DNA of 29,838 bases from contig JBGQJI010000013.1 of the NCBI GenBank assembly GCA_041498975.1, positions 1 through 29,838 of the forward strand. Direction: 5' to 3'. Source of the stretch: Candidatus Methylomirabilis sp. Its GTDB lineage: Bacteria; Methylomirabilota; Methylomirabilia; Methylomirabilales; Methylomirabilaceae. The notes beneath the pieces are model-generated. The model was given only the letters and a program-made list of their open reading frames with translations. It searched no databases and was not told where the DNA came from. Shown here piece by piece: positions 24,584 through 29,838 of this stretch. The position numbers were made by a program, and so were the translations under genes. Within the stretch, counting starts at the first letter, position 1; every line of letters starts with the position of its first letter.

Positions 24584-27500
24584 TCACACGATACCCACCG
24601 TGCCGGGACCCAGCAAGGCTTCCACCTCTTGTTTCAGCGACTCGTTTGACGCCACGGTCATCCCGGGCGAGGCGGCAATCGTGACCTGGCCTCCGGAAGC
24701 AAGATTCAGGTGGAGCCTAAGAGATGCGGGTCCCGGGAATCTGGACAGCACACTCTTCAGCTCCTCCAGTCGCTCAATGGAAAGCCGCGCCTCATCTAGC
24801 GTGATCTCCACCACCGAGGCGCCGTTCCGCCCGAGACTCGACAGGGGCCTGACCTCCGTCAAGAGCAGCTTGACCACCTCTTCCCCCACATCGACCTGCC
24901 CCTTCACCAGGACGGCCGCGTCCTTGACGAGATGGAGCAGGCTCGCCTTGTACAGTTCGGGGAAGGCGATCGCCTCCACCGTCCCGGACAGGTCCTCGAG
25001 CGTCACAAAGGCCATTCGCTCTCCATTCTTTGTGGCGATCTCCTTGACGGCGGTGACGATGGCACACAGCTTGATGGCCTCTTTGTCCTGGCAGGCAGAG
25101 AGGCGATCGGTGGTGATGGCGGCCTGCCTGGCGATGATCTCACGATAATCGGCCAGCGGGTGGCCGGTCACGTAAAAGCCCAGCGTTTCTTTCTCTGCGG
25201 CCAGGCGCTGGCTCGGGGACCACTCCGGGGTAGCCGGCAGCGCCGGCTCATGACGGCCCAGACCCCGCCCCGGCTCCATGACGTCCAGGAGTGAGCCCTG
25301 GCCCTGAATCCGCTCCCGCTGCACGCTGGCCGCTGCTTCCATGGCCTTATCCACCACGGCCATGAGCTGGGCTCTCGCCGCCCCGAGGGAATCAAGGGCC
25401 CCACACTTGATCAGGCTCTCGATGACCCGTTTGTTCACCAGTCGCAGGTCTACCCGCTCGCAAAAGTCGAAGATGGAGGGGAAGGGGCCTTTGTCACGCC
25501 GCGTGGCCAGGATCGACTGGATGGCCGCCTCGCCGACATTCTTGATGGCGACCAGTCCGAATCGGATCTTCTCCCCCACCACCGCAAAGCTGCTGCCTGA
25601 CTCGTTGACGTCCGGCGGCAGGACGGTGATCCCCATCTGGCGACATTCGTCGATGTACTTGACGATCTTGTCGGTGTCGGCCATTTCCGAGGTCAAGAGA
25701 GCGGCCATAAACTCCACCGCGTGATGGGCCTTGAGGTAGGCGGTCTGATAGGCCAGGAGGGCGTAGGCGGTCGCGTGGGGCTTGTTGAAAGCGTACCCGG
25801 CGAAGGGGGCCATCTTGTCGAAGATCTTCTCCGCCGTCCGCGCCGTGAGCCCCTTCGCCTTCGCCCCGTCGATGAACTTCTTCCGCTGCCGGTCCATCAT
25901 CTCGGGGTTCTTCTTCCCCATTGCTTTGCGAAGCACGTCGGCCTCACCCATCGAGAACCCGGCCAGCTCCGAGGCGATCCGCATCACCTGTTCCTGGTAC
26001 ACCATGACCCCATAGGTGTCTTTGAGGAGCGCCTCCATCAACGGGTGGTCGTAGCTGAGCTTGACCTTGCCATGCTTGCGATTGATGAAGTCATCGATCA
26101 TGACCATCGGTCCGGGACGATAGAGCGCCACAAGCGCGATGATGTCCTCCAATCGCTCGGGCCTCAGGCGGTGCAGCAAATCCCGCATCCCCGACGATTC
26201 CAGTTGAAATACACCGAAGGTCCGCGCCTCGCCTAAGAGGCTGAAGGTCGCCGGGTCGTCGAGGGGGATCTCTTCGATCTTGATTCGCTTCCCATGACCG
26301 GAGGCGACCAATTCAAGGGTGTTGGCGATCACCGTCAGAGTCCGGAGGCCCAGGAAGTCCATCTTCAACAGCCCGATCTTCTCGATGGCCCCCATGGCAT
26401 ACTGGGTCGTCGGCTTGCTGCCCGCCTTCGGATCTCGATAGAGGGGGACGTGTTCGATCAGCGGCTCGCCCGAGATCACGACACCCGCGGCGTGGGTTGA
26501 GGCGTGGCGCGTCAGCCCCTCCAACGACTTGGCGACCCGCCACAGTTCCTCTACCTCCGGCCGGCTTCGGACTGCCTCAGCCAGCGGCGAGCTCTCGGCG
26601 AGCGCCTCCTCGAGGCTGATGTTCAACCGGTTCGGGACCAGCTTGGCGATCTTGTCCACATCGGAATAGGGCATGCCGAGGCCGCGACCGACATCGCGGA
26701 TGACCGCCTTGGCCCCCATCGTCCCGAAGGTGATGATCTGCGCCACATTGTCAGCGCCGTATTTCCTGCTCACATAGTCGATCACCTCGTCCCGCCGGTC
26801 GTCGCTGAAGTCGATGTCCATGTCCGGCATGCTGATCCGCTCGGGATTCAGGAACCGCTCAAAGATCAACCCGTACCTCAGGGGATCAATGTTGGTGATG
26901 CCAAGGCAGTAGGCCACCAGAGAGGCGGCTGCAGAACCCCGGCCCGGGCCCACAGAGATCCCCCGATCCTTGGCGAATTTGATGAAGTCCCAGACAACTA
27001 GGAAGTACCCGGCGAAGCCGGTCTTTTCGATGACACCCAGCTCGTATTTGAGGCGGGCCTCCACCTCTGCATTGGCCTCTGGATATCGGCGCCTCAGTCC
27101 CTCCCAGGCCAGTTGTTCCAGATAGGTCCCCAGCGTGTGCCCTTCAGGCACCTGATACTTCGGCAGGTGGAGCTGGCCGAACTGGAGCTGGAGATTGCAT
27201 CGCTCGGCCACGGCGATGGTGTTCTTGATCGCCTCTGGCAGGTCGGCGAAGACCTGCTTCATCTCTTCCGCCGATTTGAAGTAGAACTGGTCGGTGGAGA
27301 AGCGCCACCGATCCTTGTCCTTGATCGTCTTCCCGGTCTGAATACACAGCAGGACCTCATGGGCGCGGGCGTCCTCCTTGGCGGGGTAGTGAAGGTCGTT
27401 GGTCCCGACGATCGGCAGCTCGAGGGCCCTGGCGAGCCGGAGGATCCCGTCGTTGACCCGTTTCTGCTCAGCCATCCCGTGATCCTGGACCTCCAAAAAG

Positions 27501-28027
27501 TAGTTCTCGCGCCCGAGCACCTCTACGTACCAGCCGGCGATCTCCTTGGCGCGACCCTCGTCGCCATCCAGCAATGCCTTGGCCACCTCGCAGTTGAGGC
27601 AGCCGGAGAGGGCGATCAATCCCCGACTGTGCTGGGCAAAGAGCTCCCTGTCGATCCGGGGCTTATAGTAGAACCCCTCCAGATAGCCAGCCGAGACCAG
27701 TTTGATGAGATTCTTGTAGCCCGCGTGGTCTCTGGCGAGAAGGGTGATGTGGCTGGCGCCCTCGTAGCCGCTGTCCTGATTCGATTTCTCGAACCGGCTG
27801 CCCGGAGCGATGTACATCTCGCAGCCGATGATCGGCTTGACGCCCTCCTTCATCGCCAGGGTGTAAAAGTCGATCGCGCCGAAGAGGTTGCCGTGATCGG
27901 TGATCGCCAGAGCCGGCATCCGGTGCTCTTTGGCCTTCCCCACCAACGTCTCGAGCGCACATGCCCCGTCCAGCAGGCTGTACTGACTATGCACGTGCAG
28001 ATGGACAAAATCGGAATGATGCATCAT
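24584..28027 (-). CDS. dnaE: DNA polymerase III alpha subunit
   Basis: 1147 aa; [62 protein letters not shown]; no intein-sized insertion. Confidence 0.98.
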   Translation of the reverse strand: MMHHSDFVHLHVHSQYSLLDGACALETLVGKAKEHRMPALAITDHGNLFGAIDFYTLAMKEGVKPIIGCEMYIAPGSRFEKSNQDSGYEGASHITLLARDHAGYKNLIKLVSAGYLEGFYYKPRIDRELFAQHSRGLIALSGCLNCEVAKALLDGDEGRAKEIAGWYVEVLGRENYFLEVQDHGMAEQKRVNDGILRLARALELPIVGTNDLHYPAKEDARAHEVLLCIQTGKTIKDKDRWRFSTDQFYFKSAEEMKQVFADLPEAIKNTIAVAERCNLQLQFGQLHLPKYQVPEGHTLGTYLEQLAWEGLRRRYPEANAEVEARLKYELGVIEKTGFAGYFLVVWDFIKFAKDRGISVGPGRGSAAASLVAYCLGITNIDPLRYGLIFERFLNPERISMPDMDIDFSDDRRDEVIDYVSRKYGADNVAQIITFGTMGAKAVIRDVGRGLGMPYSDVDKIAKLVPNRLNISLEEALAESSPLAEAVRSRPEVEELWRVAKSLEGLTRHASTHAAGVVISGEPLIEHVPLYRDPKAGSKPTTQYAMGAIEKIGLLKMDFLGLRTLTVIANTLELVASGHGKRIKIEEIPLDDPATFSLLGEARTFGVFQLESSGMRDLLHRLRPERLEDIIALVALYRPGPMVMIDDFINRKHGKVKLSYDHPLMEALLKDTYGVMVYQEQVMRIASELAGFSMGEADVLRKAMGKKNPEMMDRQRKKFIDGAKAKGLTARTAEKIFDKMAPFAGYAFNKPHATAYALLAYQTAYLKAHHAVEFMAALLTSEMADTDKIVKYIDECRQMGITVLPPDVNESGSSFAVVGEKIRFGLVAIKNVGEAAIQSILATRRDKGPFPSIFDFCERVDLRLVNKRVIESLIKCGALDSLGAARAQLMAVVDKAMEAAASVQRERIQGQGSLLDVMEPGRGLGRHEPALPATPEWSPSQRLAAEKETLGFYVTGHPLADYREIIARQAAITTDRLSACQDKEAIKLCAIVTAVKEIATKNGERMAFVTLEDLSGTVEAIAFPELYKASLLHLVKDAAVLVKGQVDVGEEVVKLLLTEVRPLSSLGRNGASVVEITLDEARLSIERLEELKSVLSRFPGPASLRLHLNLASGGQVTIAASPGMTVASNESLKQEVEALLGPGTVGIV

Positions 28028-28042
28028 TCCTCCGATAAAACC

Positions 28043-28121
28043 AGGGTGTAGGGTTTAGGGTACAGGGTTTAGTAGGGTCTTGCCATCCGCCTTTACCCTA
28101 TACCCTCCACCCTATGCCCTA
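28043..28121. repeat. Heptamer tandem array with inverted copy (core AGGGT/ACCCT)
   Basis: agggtgt agggttt agggtac agggttt .. agggtct, then tacccta taccctc cacccta tgcccta. Lies between the ybaK-like gene and dnaE. Confidence 0.8.
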
Positions 28122-28125
28122 TTTT

Positions 28126-28581
28126 CTAAATAAGGACATCGTGGATTTCGGCATCATTGATCCGGATGATATCAGCCGGCTTGATCCGGAGCATCACAGT
28201 GTGACTGCCGCCGCCTGCGTAGGCTTCTGGAAGCGCGGCTGCCTTCGCATCGACGATCACCCGGATCCTCTGCTTGAGCCCCACCGGCGGCGTCCCGCCG
28301 GCCGGGTAGCCGGTGGCGTTCAGCACGATATCGGGCTTGGCCAGCCGCCAGCCGTCGATCCCGGTGACCTGTGCCAGCTTCTTGGTGTCAACCCTGCCGG
28401 TCCCCTGCGCGACGACCAACACGAGCGCCCCGTTCTTCGCCTGAAACAGGATCGACTTGATGACGACCTCGATCGGGACCTCGAGCGCCTCCGCCGCCAT
28501 CTTTGCCGTCGTCGTCTCTCTGCCCAGCGAAATCAGCTCAGCATCGATACCTTCGCCAGCAAGATACTCGTCAAGGCTCAC
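28126..28581 (-). CDS. YbaK/EbsC family aminoacyl-tRNA trans-editing protein
   Basis: TTTAKMAAEALEV....VIKSILF (conserved Lys), ATGYPAGGTPPVG (GxxxP loop), AGGGS. Confidence 0.88.
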   Translation of the reverse strand: MSLDEYLAGEGIDAELISLGRETTTAKMAAEALEVPIEVVIKSILFQAKNGALVLVVAQGTGRVDTKKLAQVTGIDGWRLAKPDIVLNATGYPAGGTPPVGLKQRIRVIVDAKAAALPEAYAGGGSHTVMLRIKPADIIRINDAEIHDVLI

Positions 28582-28599
28582 CGGATCCCCAGTCGTAGG

Positions 28600-29742
28600 T
28601 CACTCCCACTCGATGGTGCTCGGGGGTTTCGAGGAGATGTCGTAGACGACCCGATTGACCCCCTTGACTTCGCTGACGATCCGGCTGCCCATCGCCTGCA
28701 GCAAGTCGTAGGGAAGGCGGGCCCAGTCCGCGGTCATTCCGTCGAGGCTGGTGACGGCCCTGACGGCGATGACATGCTCATAGGTCCGCTCATCGCCCAT
28801 GACCCCCACGGTCTTGATCGGCAGCAGGACCGCGAATGCCTGCCACAGCTCGCGGTCCAACCTCGCCTTGACGATCTCGTCCTCGACGATGGCATCGGCC
28901 TCTCGCAGCAGATCGAGCCGGGGCCTCATCACTTCGCCGATGATCCGCACCGCCAGGCCCGGCCCCGGGAACGGCTGGCGCCAGAGGATAGCATCCGACA
29001 GGCCCAGCTCCTTGCCCAACTCTCGCACCTCATCTTTGAACAACTCCCGCAGCGGCTCGATCAATCGGAAATCGAACTGCTCCGGCAGGCCGCCGACGTT
29101 GTGGTGGGATTTGATGGTGACGGAAGGACCCTGGACCGACACGCTCTCGATAACGTCCGGGTACAGCGTGCCCTGCGCCAGGTACTCGAATCGTCCCAGC
29201 CTCCGCGATTCTTCCTCGAAGACGACGATGAACTCGGCGCCAATGATCTTCCGTTTCTCCTCCGGCTCGACAACCCCTTTAAGTCGGGTCAGGAAACGCT
29301 CCTCTGCGTCCACCGAGATCAGGTTCAGCCTCAGGTGCTCGCCAAAGGTCTGCTGGACCTGGGGTCCTTCCCCTTTCCGGAGAAGCCCGTTATCGACGAA
29401 AACGCAGGTCAGCCTGGGACCGATCGCCCGGTGCACGAGCAGAGCGGTGACCGAAGAATCGACGCCTCCGCTCAGGGCGCAGAGGACCCGGCCATCCCCC
29501 ACTTCGTTTCGGATCTTTTCGACGGCGATCTCGGCGAAGGAACGCATCCTCCAGTTCGGCGCACAGCCGCAGACCTTGAATAGGAAGTTCCCGAGAATCT
29601 CTTTCCCCCTGTGGGTATGGGCCACTTCGGGGTGGAATTGCACCGCGAAGAGAGGCTCCTGCCGGTGACGGATGGCGGCGAAGGGGGCATTGGCTGTGTG
29701 GGCCAGGCGACGGAATGATGCGGGGATCTCCTCAAGCTTGTC
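28600..29742 (-). CDS. guaA: GMP synthase, C-terminal ~380 aa (N-terminal glutaminase part missing)
   Basis: [78 protein letters not shown]. Similarity begins at [10 protein letters not shown]. Confidence 0.95.
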   Translation of the reverse strand, partial: DKLEEIPASFRRLAHTANAPFAAIRHRQEPLFAVQFHPEVAHTHRGKEILGNFLFKVCGCAPNWRMRSFAEIAVEKIRNEVGDGRVLCALSGGVDSSVTALLVHRAIGPRLTCVFVDNGLLRKGEGPQVQQTFGEHLRLNLISVDAEERFLTRLKGVVEPEEKRKIIGAEFIVVFEEESRRLGRFEYLAQGTLYPDVIESVSVQGPSVTIKSHHNVGGLPEQFDFRLIEPLRELFKDEVRELGKELGLSDAILWRQPFPGPGLAVRIIGEVMRPRLDLLREADAIVEDEIVKARLDRELWQAFAVLLPIKTVGVMGDERTYEHVIAVRAVTSLDGMTADWARLPYDLLQAMGSRIVSEVKGVNRVVYDISSKPPSTIEWE

Positions 29743-29838
29743 GACCGGAAGGGCTCCGTTCGCAATCCAGGCGGCGACCGGCGCGAACAGATCGCGTCCG
29801 TGGAACGAAGCCGATAACACCGAGGGGCGCCAGACCAC
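29743..29838 (-). other. Fragment of a SAM hydroxide adenosyltransferase/SAM-dependent halogenase (DUF62) family gene joined in frame to guaA
   Basis: [27 protein letters not shown] carries the family signature S.(T/S)FHGRD.FAP.AA and is not GuaA sequence. Confidence 0.75.

Noticed and set aside
28043..28080. Plant-type telomere repeat TTTAGGG
   Set aside because: Only one exact unit within a degenerate inverted heptamer array between bacterial genes; coincidental.
28114..29583. Long plus-strand ORF (489 aa) and similar long antisense ORFs (2056-2781, 3475-4332, 6367-7593, 12422-13561, 21182-22225, 27113-28051)
   Set aside because: Shadow frames opposite well-supported genes in GC-rich DNA, with no recognisable motifs.

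Overview
A GC-rich bacterial chromosomal segment, mostly a minus-strand housekeeping backbone: guaA (partial)-ybaK-like-dnaE-accA, then glpX-like-6S RNA-hisS-aspS-phoH-7TM/HD phosphodiesterase-ybeY-dgkA-M23 peptidase-era-recO-glyQ-glyS-ppsA-like. Between glpX and accA sits an ~8 kb accessory block, mostly on the plus strand. It holds a Fur/PerR(CatR-like)-catalase-Dps peroxide module, a DUF1059 protein, a secreted FecR-like/LPP20-like fusion beside a CHASE2 adenylate cyclase, a candidate ~160-nt structured RNA with its own promoter, a stand-alone receiver protein and a small membrane protein. The non-coding DNA is highly structured. It has four heptamer-array hairpins that share one architecture but differ in core sequence, a nested cluster of REP-like repeats in the phoH leader, a possible IS200/IS605-derived mini element, and a chain of coupled mini-ORFs ahead of era. 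The GlpX and PpsA homologues both carry degenerate catalytic motifs. Both window ends switch abruptly into unrelated sequence and are probably chimeric. Protein and repeat style suggest a Methylomirabilota (NC10)-like organism, but that is an unverified impression. All family assignments come from motif recognition by eye; no searches were run.
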